The notes under the pieces were generated by a model that worked only from the letters and a program-made list of their open reading frames with translations, did no database searches and was not told where the DNA came from. Of a stretch of 64,000 nucleotides of DNA, positions 9,685 to 18,656 are shown piece after piece (within the stretch, counting starts at the first letter, position 1; each line of letters starts with the position of its first letter). The position numbers were made by a program, and so were the translations under genes. Source of the stretch: a virus (lineage: Duplodnaviria; Caudoviricetes); IMG/VR virus record IMGVR_UViG_3300025892_000008; one strand, written 5' to 3'.

Positions 9685-10464
9685 ATGGATAAAATGCATA
9701 CACGTTTAGAAGGAAAAATTAAAAAAGGTTGGGGCTATGAATTAATATGGGCCACTAATGAAAAGTACTGTGGAAAAATTATGGTATTTGAAAAAGTAGG
9801 TGCTAAATTTAGCATGCATTTTCATAAAGAAAAAGAAGAAACATGGTTTGTAAATTCGGGTAAATTTTTGCTTAAATGGATTGATACTAAAGATGCAACG
9901 GTACACACAAAAGAATTAGTAGAAGGCGACAAATGGCATAATCCTCCTTTACAGCCACATCAACTAGAGGCACTTGAAGAAATGAGTGAGATATTTGAAG
10001 TAAGCACAGCCGACAGTGTCGAAGACAACTACAGAGTTTTTCCAGGTAGCAGTCAGCAGTCAGACAAAAAAATTATTGTAAATGGTAGTTTTGATATTAT
10101 TCATAAAGGGCATATTGAATTATTAAACTATGCAAAATCATTAGGGGATCATTTGTTAGTTGCTATAGATAGTGATAATAGAATTAAACAATTAAAAGGT
10201 TCAGACAGACCTATTAATTCTTTAGATGAAAGACTAAACTTACTATCTAATCTAAAAGCAGTTGATGATATTTCTTATTTTGATTCAGAACAAGAACTAG
10301 TAGATATTATAAAAAAGTATAATCCTGATATAATGGTAAAAGGCAGTGATTATAAAAATCAAAGAATTGTTGGCAAGGAATATTGCAAAGCAATCGAATT
10401 CTATGAGATAAATGATGGTTATTCAACAACAAAAAAATTACAAGATATTATTAATCGGGGATAG
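9685..10464 (+). CDS. hldC: Fusion: cupin (PMI/lyxose-isomerase-like) + heptose-1-phosphate nucleotidyltransferase (HldE/RfaE domain II)
   Basis: N-terminal SMHFHKEKEE...H cupin metal motif; C-terminal NGSFDIIHKGH, DSD..IKQLKG..RPI, VKGSDY and GYSTT motifs. Confidence 0.85.
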   Translation: MDKMHTRLEGKIKKGWGYELIWATNEKYCGKIMVFEKVGAKFSMHFHKEKEETWFVNSGKFLLKWIDTKDATVHTKELVEGDKWHNPPLQPHQLEALEEMSEIFEVSTADSVEDNYRVFPGSSQQSDKKIIVNGSFDIIHKGHIELLNYAKSLGDHLLVAIDSDNRIKQLKGSDRPINSLDERLNLLSNLKAVDDISYFDSEQELVDIIKKYNPDIMVKGSDYKNQRIVGKEYCKAIEFYEINDGYSTTKKLQDIINRG

Positions 10465-11167
10465 TTGTACTGACGAGTACCATTATGGTAGTACCGATCG
10501 TATAAGTCCCGAAGCACCCGTTCCTGTATTTCAATATAAAAATACAAAAACAAATCCTGGCATGGCTGCTAATGTTAATGAAAACTTATTAGCATTTGGG
10601 TGCGATGTAGAGTTTGTTACCAACAAAGAACAAATAACTAAATCAAGATATATTGATTACAGATCAGGACAGCATTTAATAAGAGTTGACAAAGAAGACA
10701 AAGTCAAATCTTGCAACGTTGAATTTCATAATTTAGACTATGATGCTATAATAATAAGTGACTATAACAAAGGATTTGTAACTGAAGATTTAATTATAAG
10801 TCTACGTAGTAAATTTAAAGGACCTGTATTTGTTGATACTAAAAAACTTTATCTTGATAAATTTGAAGGCTGCATACTTAAAATAAACGATCTTGAATAT
10901 AATCGTGCAAAAACCTTTTGTAGCGATTTAATAGTAACAAAAGGTAAACAAGGTGCTACATACAAAGGTAATACTTATAATGCACCTGTAGTTGAAGTTC
11001 ACGATGTATGCGGTGCCGGTGATACATTTTTATCTGTGCTTGCATATTCATATTTAAACTGCAACAACATTGAACAGTCAATTATGCACGCTAACAATGC
11101 CGCTGCACTATCTGTACAGCATAGCGGAGTATACGTGCTTACAGAAGAGGATTTAAAACAAATATGA
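10412..11167 (+). CDS. hldA: PfkB-family heptose-7-phosphate kinase (HldE/RfaE domain I)
   Basis: IGDSCTDEY.YG...RISPEAPVPV, GMAANV..NL and DVCGAGDTF motifs. Confidence 0.88.
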   Translation: MMVIQQQKNYKILLIGDSCTDEYHYGSTDRISPEAPVPVFQYKNTKTNPGMAANVNENLLAFGCDVEFVTNKEQITKSRYIDYRSGQHLIRVDKEDKVKSCNVEFHNLDYDAIIISDYNKGFVTEDLIISLRSKFKGPVFVDTKKLYLDKFEGCILKINDLEYNRAKTFCSDLIVTKGKQGATYKGNTYNAPVVEVHDVCGAGDTFLSVLAYSYLNCNNIEQSIMHANNAAALSVQHSGVYVLTEEDLKQI

Positions 11168-11976
11168 TAATATTAGTTACAGGAGATACTGGGTTTATTG
11201 GAAGACATCTAATTGATAAACTAAAAACAGAACACGAAGTTCATGGCTATGATTATAATGAAAATCATAAACCTTGTATTGACGGATATGATTGGGTAAT
11301 ACATCTAGGAGCAATATCAGATACTACAGAAAGAGATGTTGACAAGATTATGTTACAAAACTATGAATTTTCTAAATGGATATTCAAAGAATGTAATTCT
11401 AAAGGTGTAAATTTTCAATATGCATCTAGTGCAAGTGTATATGGACCATATGAAAAGTTTGGAGAAGATGATCCTAAACAACCTCAGAGCCCTTATGCTT
11501 GGAGCAAGTATCTATTTGATAGATGGATATTGCAGCAAAAACATAACGTATGTGTACAGGGTATGAGATATTTTAATGTATACGGACCTAGAGAAGAACA
11601 CAAGGGCACACAGGCAAGTCCTGTAACAAAGTTTACAAAACAAGCAAAGGAAGAAGGTGTTATTACTTTGTTTGAAAACAGTGACAAGTACCTAAGAGAT
11701 TTTATCTTTGTAGGCGATGTGTGTGACATACATGAGCAAATGATGCTGCATGTTAAAAAGTCTGGCTTGTACAATATTGGTACAGGCTCTGCAACTAGTT
11801 TCCAAACAGTTGCAGAAATAATTGCAAAAAAATATAATGCAGATATAAAGTATATTCCAATGCCAGAGGAATTACAAGGGCAATATCAAGAATATACCTG
11901 TGCAGATATAACTAAGTTACTAAATATTTTTGATATACAGTTTAAAACTGTAAAAGAATATATTGAAGGTGTCTAA
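11164..11976 (+). CDS. hldD: ADP-L-glycero-D-manno-heptose 6-epimerase
   Basis: VTGDTGFIG, HLGAISDTTE, YASSASVYG, YAWSK and RYFNVYGPRE.HKG.QAS motifs. Confidence 0.88.
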   Translation: MIILVTGDTGFIGRHLIDKLKTEHEVHGYDYNENHKPCIDGYDWVIHLGAISDTTERDVDKIMLQNYEFSKWIFKECNSKGVNFQYASSASVYGPYEKFGEDDPKQPQSPYAWSKYLFDRWILQQKHNVCVQGMRYFNVYGPREEHKGTQASPVTKFTKQAKEEGVITLFENSDKYLRDFIFVGDVCDIHEQMMLHVKKSGLYNIGTGSATSFQTVAEIIAKKYNADIKYIPMPEELQGQYQEYTCADITKLLNIFDIQFKTVKEYIEGV

Positions 11977-12596
11977 ACAAAAGATGCTTTTATACCTGCA
12001 GACGATGTAATTTCTTTACATGCTGCATTTTCTATTTCAGGATCTGGTAAAGAACTAGCAAATGCCCACAAGTTATCAAACACCATAACTTTTCTTGCAA
12101 GGTTTTTGTAGGTAAATTTCTTTAACTTTTTTTCTGTTTCTTCTCCATACCCGGTACGAACTAATATAGGTGTTGCTCCTATTTTTTCTGCTGCTTTTAA
12201 ATCTGTTAATTTATCTCCAACATAAAATCCGCCTTTAAATTTTAAGTTGCATTCAGATTCTGCTTTTTTAAACATACCAATATTTGGTTTAGCAAACATA
12301 TCGTTCTTCTGGCTTGTATGACTATAGTAAATTCCATCTATGCTATCACAACCTGCTTCTCCTAGTAAATTAAGCATGTAATCATGTACAACAGCAACTT
12401 CTTCAGTAGTCATTATACCTTTACTAACTCCGGCTTGATTAGTTAGTACAACAATATTGTAACCTTTTTTTCTAAGAAGTGTTACCGCTTCTATACTATT
12501 TTCTATAGGTTTAAATTGCATAGGATGAGTAACATAAGTTCCAAGATCTTCGTTTATTGTTCCGTCTCTATCTAATCCTATAGTAATATTATTCAT
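11973..12596 (-). CDS. gmhB: D,D-heptose-1,7-bisphosphate phosphatase (HAD family)
   Basis: LDRDGTIN, VVLTNQAG, KPNIGM and VGDKLTDL motifs. Confidence 0.88.
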   Translation of the reverse strand: MNNITIGLDRDGTINEDLGTYVTHPMQFKPIENSIEAVTLLRKKGYNIVVLTNQAGVSKGIMTTEEVAVVHDYMLNLLGEAGCDSIDGIYYSHTSQKNDMFAKPNIGMFKKAESECNLKFKGGFYVGDKLTDLKAAEKIGATPILVRTGYGEETEKKLKKFTYKNLARKVMVFDNLWAFASSLPDPEIENAACKEITSSAGIKASFV

Positions 12597-13119
12597 CTAT
12601 TGATATATCCATGTTCCATGAAATAATTGTTTTTGTTTCTTCTGTATTATTAACAGGAGCTCTATGTATAACCCAACTAGGAAATGTAACTATATCTCCT
12701 TCGTGTACGTCAAATGTATGTGTATCTTTAGTTAACGGATTAATCCATTCTGTTTGTGCATCTTCTGGCAAGTTTACGTAATAAACATTTGTAAAGTTGT
12801 TACTGTGTGTATGCCATGCGTGCTTGCCGCCTTTTGCATATTGTTGAAACCAAATTTCAGTAATGCCAAATGTTTTATATCCCATTTCTTCACACCACTT
12901 ATTAATGTGCGTAGAAAGAGAAGGATTTATTAGTTTCAACCACTCTCTATCTCCATCATATCTTGCAGTATTCCAATCACATTTAACAATATCACTGTCG
13001 GGTGCAGTCATATGTTCTGCATTTTCTTGTGCATGAATAGCATCTAGTACTTGCTGTTTTAGTTGATTGTGTTCCTTAAATGGTCTTACAGTAATAGGAA
13101 ACGGAATAATATCATCCAT
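12589..13119 (-). CDS. 2OG-Fe(II) oxygenase (marine-phage type)
   Basis: WFQQY..GG.HAWHTH...VYY...EGDIVTFPSWVIH; the usual distal Arg position reads KTIISWN. Confidence 0.7.
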   Translation of the reverse strand: MDDIIPFPITVRPFKEHNQLKQQVLDAIHAQENAEHMTAPDSDIVKCDWNTARYDGDREWLKLINPSLSTHINKWCEEMGYKTFGITEIWFQQYAKGGKHAWHTHSNNFTNVYYVNLPEDAQTEWINPLTKDTHTFDVHEGDIVTFPSWVIHRAPVNNTEETKTIISWNMDISIDE

Positions 13120-13733
13120 TAGTATAAGTTACCTTTTCTTTTAACAATTATATTTGATGAAAACACAACTCTAGGTTCAGATGTTTGATTAAAATGTACA
13201 TAGTGTTCTAAACAAGAAGGAAACATTAGTAATAATCCTTCTTTCATTTCAGGGTAGAAAGCATTAGGATAATCATTCATAGGATCTAATTCTAAATACT
13301 TTAAATGGTTTGATAAGTTAGGTGTCCTAAAAACAAATTGTCCTGCTTCTGGACTAGGCTGTTTTAAAATTACAACACAAGAAAACGCTGGCACGTTAGT
13401 TGTAATATGATCATGTAATTGTTGATGATCGTGTTGCTCATGTACGTTATACCAAGTCTCTATGTCTACACTATAAGGAAATTTAAACAAATATGAATCA
13501 ATATAATCTTGTATATAAGGTGATGGTAGTAATGTATCATTCCATTTTTTAAAAAAATCTGAATCGTCCCAACGTTGAGATAGATTCTTAGAAATTTTAC
13601 TAGCATTATTAGAACTTCCTGTATTACTTCCATCTAAAATTAACGGTAGGTAATAATCCTGTAAACTTTTAAGATCCTGTGGTTCTAATTCTTTTATACC
13701 AACTGGATATCCTTCAAGTGAAAGTTTTAACAT
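13119..13733 (-). CDS. 2OG-Fe(II) oxygenase
   Basis: WYN...HDH...FSCVVIL...EGLLLMFPSCLEH.V...RVVFSSN. Confidence 0.8.
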   Translation of the reverse strand: MLKLSLEGYPVGIKELEPQDLKSLQDYYLPLILDGSNTGSSNNASKISKNLSQRWDDSDFFKKWNDTLLPSPYIQDYIDSYLFKFPYSVDIETWYNVHEQHDHQQLHDHITTNVPAFSCVVILKQPSPEAGQFVFRTPNLSNHLKYLELDPMNDYPNAFYPEMKEGLLLMFPSCLEHYVHFNQTSEPRVVFSSNIIVKRKGNLY

Positions 13734-14461
13734 GTTTCTAATATTTCCTTTGTCATTATACTAGTTTTAAATCCAGATGTTAAGTCAATACTTTCGCCTG
13801 TATTAAAAAAATTAATTATTTTACTTGCTAAAATTTTATGATTAACTTCAGAAAAATGATTAAATCTATTGTCACCGGTTTTTTCATGGTATGCTATAGA
13901 AGTTTTTTCATTGTCAAATTCTGATCCGGATGCTTCACACAAATTCCCTTCTATACCTTGAATATTGTGAAAGCCTGGTAAAATTAAGCACTTAATATTT
14001 TGTTCTCCATATAATTTTGTTCTAAGAGTTAATGCATCAAGTAGTGTATGATAATGCAAAATGAGGCGCCTTTCTGAATATAAATGTCGTTTATACATTT
14101 CTAATGCAGCATACTCTTGTTCAGTAATATCTACACCTGGAGTCATTTGTGTTGCCATATGAACAGCCATATATGGTTTATTTTCAAAGAACCATTCTCT
14201 ATATAAATTAGTTAATTGTATTATAACACAGTCTCCTGATTTGAACAACAATTCTTTTTCACGTAATTGCTGATAAATGTAATCATTAGAGCAGCCTAAA
14301 ATAGCATAGTTAGTATGAGGATCGTTACTTATAGCATCACTTACTATAGTTGTCCAACTTTTTTCTAAAGGTAGATATGTTACTTCAGTCTTATCTGGAC
14401 CAAATACTTCGTCCATATGGTTCTGGGGGATTGAAAAACTATCTCCAAAAATATGCAACAT
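13727..14461 (-). CDS. SGNH/GDSL-like protein
   Basis: N-terminal IFGDSFS, G.SNDYI block and C-terminal NHFS..NH. Confidence 0.5.
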   Translation of the reverse strand: MLHIFGDSFSIPQNHMDEVFGPDKTEVTYLPLEKSWTTIVSDAISNDPHTNYAILGCSNDYIYQQLREKELLFKSGDCVIIQLTNLYREWFFENKPYMAVHMATQMTPGVDITEQEYAALEMYKRHLYSERRLILHYHTLLDALTLRTKLYGEQNIKCLILPGFHNIQGIEGNLCEASGSEFDNEKTSIAYHEKTGDNRFNHFSEVNHKILASKIINFFNTGESIDLTSGFKTSIMTKEILETC

Positions 14462-15081
14462 TATACTGCGCCTGTTTCTAACAAGATATTAAAAGACATA
14501 CTAATTCTATCTCCGTTAGTTTTGTTTTCATTAACACTGTGGTCTAAAAATCCTGGAAACAAAATTAGTCTACCTTGCTCAGGCGAAAAAGAATTTTCAT
14601 GTGCAATAGAACTTCCAATAGGATTGCATTTTAACGCTTTCAGTGTATTTCTAAAAACAATATCTCCGTCATCTCCACTAGTTTTAAACCAATATACTCC
14701 ACTAATATGGGCATTACCATGATCATGAATATGCGAGGAAAGTCCAGGCTTGTTTAAAGTTAACCATGAAGAAGTCATCGCTGCTTTGTAGGCAGGTTGG
14801 ACATTCATTGCTGCCATATAATTTACACAGTGGTGCATAATAGTTTCACCAGTTGTTTTCATATTTTCTAATTGCAATAAATGCTCAAAAAAGTCGCCTT
14901 GGTTAGATAGATATTGTGAAGATGAACCCCAATTTGGATTTTGTCCCCAACTTCCTTCGTTATATAGTTTATCAACTATAGGCTGTAATTCGTTTTGCAC
15001 ATCTGTATATGCTTGGTTTTCTAATTTATAGGTATATAGAGGTGTTGGAAATAATTGAAAAATTTGTCCTTCGACATCCAT
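14461..15081 (-). CDS. 2OG-Fe(II) oxygenase
   Basis: SWLTLNKPG...HIHDH...ISGVYW...GRLILFPGFLDHSV...DRISMSFN. Confidence 0.85.
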   Translation of the reverse strand: MDVEGQIFQLFPTPLYTYKLENQAYTDVQNELQPIVDKLYNEGSWGQNPNWGSSSQYLSNQGDFFEHLLQLENMKTTGETIMHHCVNYMAAMNVQPAYKAAMTSSWLTLNKPGLSSHIHDHGNAHISGVYWFKTSGDDGDIVFRNTLKALKCNPIGSSIAHENSFSPEQGRLILFPGFLDHSVNENKTNGDRISMSFNILLETGAV

Positions 15082-15083
15082 AG

Positions 15084-16910
15084 TTACTGCCTTTCATTAT
15101 GATCTATATTTACTAGCATTTTCGTTGCAGGAAAATAGATATAATTTATTCCTGAATTATAAAGAGTACGCATAGCATCGTCAATAGTTTCAACTAGTGG
15201 CTCGCCGCCTAAATTAAAACTAGTATTAAACAATGCAGGTACTCCTGTTTGGTTTTTAAATTCTTTAATCAAATTGTACCAATGTTTGTTTTGTTCTTTA
15301 GTAACTGTTTGTATTCTACATGTATCGTCTACGTGTATAACTGCTGGTATTTTTTCTTTTACGCCAGGCTGACAATTGACAGCATACATCATACTAGGTG
15401 AATCTTCCATCCCACGTAAATCAAACCAATCATGTACATCATCCTGTAATACAGTTGCAGCAAACGGTCTAAAATATTCACGCTTCTTAACCAAGTTAAC
15501 AAAATCTTTGCCGTTTGGATCTGTTGGGTCATACATTAAAGAACGATTACCTAATGCACGAGGACCGCTTTCTCCTCTTTCTTGATATAGTGCTACAATA
15601 TTTTTGTTTCTAATAGTATCTATAACTTGTTTATAATCTACATCTGTTGTTACATTACCATTGTATTTCTTTGCAGTTTCTCTAATTATATCTTCAGTAA
15701 TATTTTGTACTGGTCCTAAAAATAAGTTTTCATCTTTAGTTCTTAATTTGTTATCTTGAGATGTAAGATAATAATGATAAAATGCTGCGCCCATTGCAGT
15801 ACCTGCATCATTGCTAACAGGTTCTACATATATTTTTACACCTTCTGGTAAATGTTTTAAAAAGAAATAATTAGCAACACAATTTAAAGCATAGCCGCCG
15901 CTGATAACAATATTTTTATTACCAGTGCGTTCAATTGATTTTAATATTAAATCAAGTACTAGTTGTTGAGATTCTACTTGAACATTATATGCCATGTTTC
16001 TGCGTGATGGAAGTAGTGTAACATCTTCTCTGTCAGATTTTCTAAGCAGTTCTTGAATTCTGTCTTGTTCATCTTGGTTGTCTGGATCTTTAGCAGATCG
16101 AATTATATCACTCGGATCATATATTCTATCTCTAATCTCTGGAAATTCAGATTCATCTACCCATGCTCCATTAGGATATGTACAAGTAAATAAATCTTTG
16201 TTGCCACCAAAAGCATTAGTGTAAATCTTAGGTGCTTTGTTTGGTTCACCATATGGAAATAGTCCCATTGTTTTACCGGCTTCAATTGAATCAAATCCGC
16301 AAAATCTAGTTACTGCTTCGTATGCTTTAACAATACCTGCTTTATCGTTTATCATTACTTCTGTAGCACTACCGTCGGCATTATAGTGCTCAGTTCTCCA
16401 AGGCCCGTTTCCTCCAAAATGCTTATAAATTTCTGTAAACGTTGCAGGATATGCGCAATCGTATATACTTTCAACCTCAAACATAGTTTGTCCATCTGGT
16501 CGTTCTACAAATGTTCCTGCTCCATCAACAATTATAGCACTTGCCTTTTCAAATCCTGATCTATAAAATGCTAGTGCAGCATGACTTCTGTGATGTTGCG
16601 CATGATATTTAACAACCTGTGTTTCAGGGTCTTCAATTAATCTTAATTTTCTAGCAAGTGCAGTATATACATCTTGACGGACGTAATCGTTTAGAGGTTC
16701 GTCTGCGTCTTGCGTATGAGATATTGCAAGATAATCAATCTTATCTGTATAATCTAAAATTTTAATCATACTTGCAAGAGGTCCTCCGTCGTATTTGTAA
16801 CGGGATAATCTTTCTTCTTCAATTGCAAATACAATTTCGCCGTCTTTTAAAAGACAAACACCTGCATTGTGCCCTCTAGCAATTCCTGCAATGTAGCCTG
16901 TTTTTCTCAT
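15084..16910 (-). CDS. O-carbamoyltransferase (CmcH/NodU/TobZ family)
   Basis: GHN...EEERLSR.K, HHRSHA, VDGAG, GKTMGL..YG, SGGYALNCVAN, NDAGTAMGAA, ESGPRALGNRS, KREYFRPFA, HVDDTCRIQTV and NTSFN motifs. Confidence 0.92.
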   Translation of the reverse strand: MRKTGYIAGIARGHNAGVCLLKDGEIVFAIEEERLSRYKYDGGPLASMIKILDYTDKIDYLAISHTQDADEPLNDYVRQDVYTALARKLRLIEDPETQVVKYHAQHHRSHAALAFYRSGFEKASAIIVDGAGTFVERPDGQTMFEVESIYDCAYPATFTEIYKHFGGNGPWRTEHYNADGSATEVMINDKAGIVKAYEAVTRFCGFDSIEAGKTMGLFPYGEPNKAPKIYTNAFGGNKDLFTCTYPNGAWVDESEFPEIRDRIYDPSDIIRSAKDPDNQDEQDRIQELLRKSDREDVTLLPSRRNMAYNVQVESQQLVLDLILKSIERTGNKNIVISGGYALNCVANYFFLKHLPEGVKIYVEPVSNDAGTAMGAAFYHYYLTSQDNKLRTKDENLFLGPVQNITEDIIRETAKKYNGNVTTDVDYKQVIDTIRNKNIVALYQERGESGPRALGNRSLMYDPTDPNGKDFVNLVKKREYFRPFAATVLQDDVHDWFDLRGMEDSPSMMYAVNCQPGVKEKIPAVIHVDDTCRIQTVTKEQNKHWYNLIKEFKNQTGVPALFNTSFNLGGEPLVETIDDAMRTLYNSGINYIYFPATKMLVNIDHNERQ

Positions 16911-17842
16911 TATTGTTTTCCTAAAGTATCTTTAATTTGTTTTACAATTTTTTTCTTAGTGTCTGAGCTCAGTTTCATTAAGTTTTCATTCTGTCTATCA
17001 ATCCTAATATCTATTGCTACTCTTAAAGGAGAATATTTTCTTTCACCTATTCCGTTGTCTATAATTTTTAGTGTAGTGCTTTCCGGATAGGAAATGTTTT
17101 CAGGAAATGTACTACCTATAACTACTGTGCCAGGTTTTTTAAGAGCGTGAACAACATGTTGTCCTACTGAATCACAACCTAAGAAATAATCCGCAGCATT
17201 GATAATTGCAGTCCATTGTAATAAACTTACTTCTTCTGGAAACATTACATTAAGATTTTTATCAGTTGGTATTTTCATAGAGCTCATTAGTATGACAGCA
17301 TAATCTTTATTCAATTCTTCAAGTAAGTCTATAATATCATCTACTTCAAACGACCTGCCGCTTTCATCAACAATTACACCGCCATGTATTGTAGCAGTAG
17401 ATCCAAATGGTTGAAATATTATAACTTTATCTTTTTTGAAATGTCTTTTTGCTTCTGCTACTAGCTCTTCTCCTGTTGCAATATCTTTTTTTCCTACAAA
17501 GAGTTCGTTATATTCTTTTGTTTCTGGAATTGTTTCAGGTGGATAATCATAGTTAATCAACATGTCAAAGGATTGAACTAGATTGGCTCGTTGAGTAAAA
17601 TACGCATTAAGTTTGTAAGGTTCAGGTGTAATGATTTCTCTATCTTTCAATTTGTCAAAAAGATTAGGATCATTAGCAGGAAAGGTATTGTTTACTAATA
17701 TTTTGCTAGTAAGATATAAATCAATCCAACCTTCTACAATAATAGGTGCTGTTGGATCTATATTTTTTAAATGATATTCTAGTGCTGGAATCGCACAAAG
17801 AACGCGACCTGCGCCACCGTTAATAAAGAATGCTTTTTTCAT
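16910..17842 (-). CDS. GT-B glycosyltransferase, family 9 (heptosyltransferase-like)
   Basis: GGAGRVLCAIPAL N-terminus; IIFQPFGS; SLLQWTAIINAADYFLGCDSVGQHVVHALKKPGTVVIG matches the GT9 C-terminal signature. Confidence 0.75.
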   Translation of the reverse strand: MKKAFFINGGAGRVLCAIPALEYHLKNIDPTAPIIVEGWIDLYLTSKILVNNTFPANDPNLFDKLKDREIITPEPYKLNAYFTQRANLVQSFDMLINYDYPPETIPETKEYNELFVGKKDIATGEELVAEAKRHFKKDKVIIFQPFGSTATIHGGVIVDESGRSFEVDDIIDLLEELNKDYAVILMSSMKIPTDKNLNVMFPEEVSLLQWTAIINAADYFLGCDSVGQHVVHALKKPGTVVIGSTFPENISYPESTTLKIIDNGIGERKYSPLRVAIDIRIDRQNENLMKLSSDTKKKIVKQIKDTLGKQ

Positions 17843-17878
17843 TAATATTATAACCTTTGCTAAATGCTGTAGTTATAA

Positions 17879-17885
17879 TATTTAT
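17879..17885 (-). promoter_or_regulatory. Late promoter ATAAATA for the GT9-carbamoyltransferase-oxygenase-gmhB operon
   Basis: Exact box 36 nt upstream of the GT9 start. Confidence 0.7.
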
Positions 17886-17921
17886 TTTATAGATTTATGC
17901 TAAGGTAGTAATGTGAATAGT

Positions 17922-18647
17922 TTAATTTACACCGTTTGGAAGCATGCTAATAGCATCATCATCGTCACTAGTTCTTTCAGCGATCATTGTAACTCTAACA
18001 TTTTCATCATTAAAGTTTGGATCAGGAGCATCGTCAGGTGCTAATGGAAATCTTACCAAATTTCCAGGAACTCCATCCCACGTTACTGGCATATCTCTTA
18101 GTTTTTGTCTATATTCTCGCCATTGAGTTTTTAATGAGTCTGGCATATCTTCTGCTAGTTTGCCATCGGTGTTTGCTAATCGCAGATTTCTTTCTTGTCT
18201 TAAGAAATCCCAACCTTCAACATAGGCTGCTCTATCCATCGGTGCCCATTCTAAAGGTTTTTTATAATCATCGTATAATGCATATTCGTTATAAACTTCA
18301 CAAATGTGTGTAGGATCAGGAATGATAGCGTTTGGTTGATCACTAGGACCAACTGCTACTTCGTATACTTTTGGTTCTTCTATACCGCCCCACAATAAAG
18401 CAATTTTAATTGTGTTAACATCAGTATCTGCCTTTAATATTTCTCTTCTTAGGTTTTGTGGAAGTGGACAATCAGGCTCTTCTTCATGTGAATGACACTG
18501 TTCTAAGTATCCTGTTTCTTTATCAATCCATAGTACGATCTCTGCCGGACCGTTATAATGCATAGTACTAGTTTTACCCAGATCAGTTGTTGATGAATAC
18601 ATAGTATCTGGTAAACTGTAAGTTAGTGTTTTTTGTATATTTGCCAT
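17922..18647 (-). CDS. Tail-fibre assembly chaperone-like protein
   Basis: WDFLRQERNLRLANTD....D.P......WREYRQKLRDMP motif of phage tail assembly chaperones. Confidence 0.7.
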   Translation of the reverse strand: MANIQKTLTYSLPDTMYSSTTDLGKTSTMHYNGPAEIVLWIDKETGYLEQCHSHEEEPDCPLPQNLRREILKADTDVNTIKIALLWGGIEEPKVYEVAVGPSDQPNAIIPDPTHICEVYNEYALYDDYKKPLEWAPMDRAAYVEGWDFLRQERNLRLANTDGKLAEDMPDSLKTQWREYRQKLRDMPVTWDGVPGNLVRFPLAPDDAPDPNFNDENVRVTMIAERTSDDDDAISMLPNGVN

Positions 18648-18656
18648 GTTTAATCC

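Noticed and set aside
12589-17842. DNA hypermodification as the main role of the oxygenases, GT and carbamoyltransferase
   Set aside because: Down-weighted, not excluded: the promoters are late-type, the location is among fibre genes, and no TET/JBP, thymidylate-synthase-like or methylase gene is in the window.
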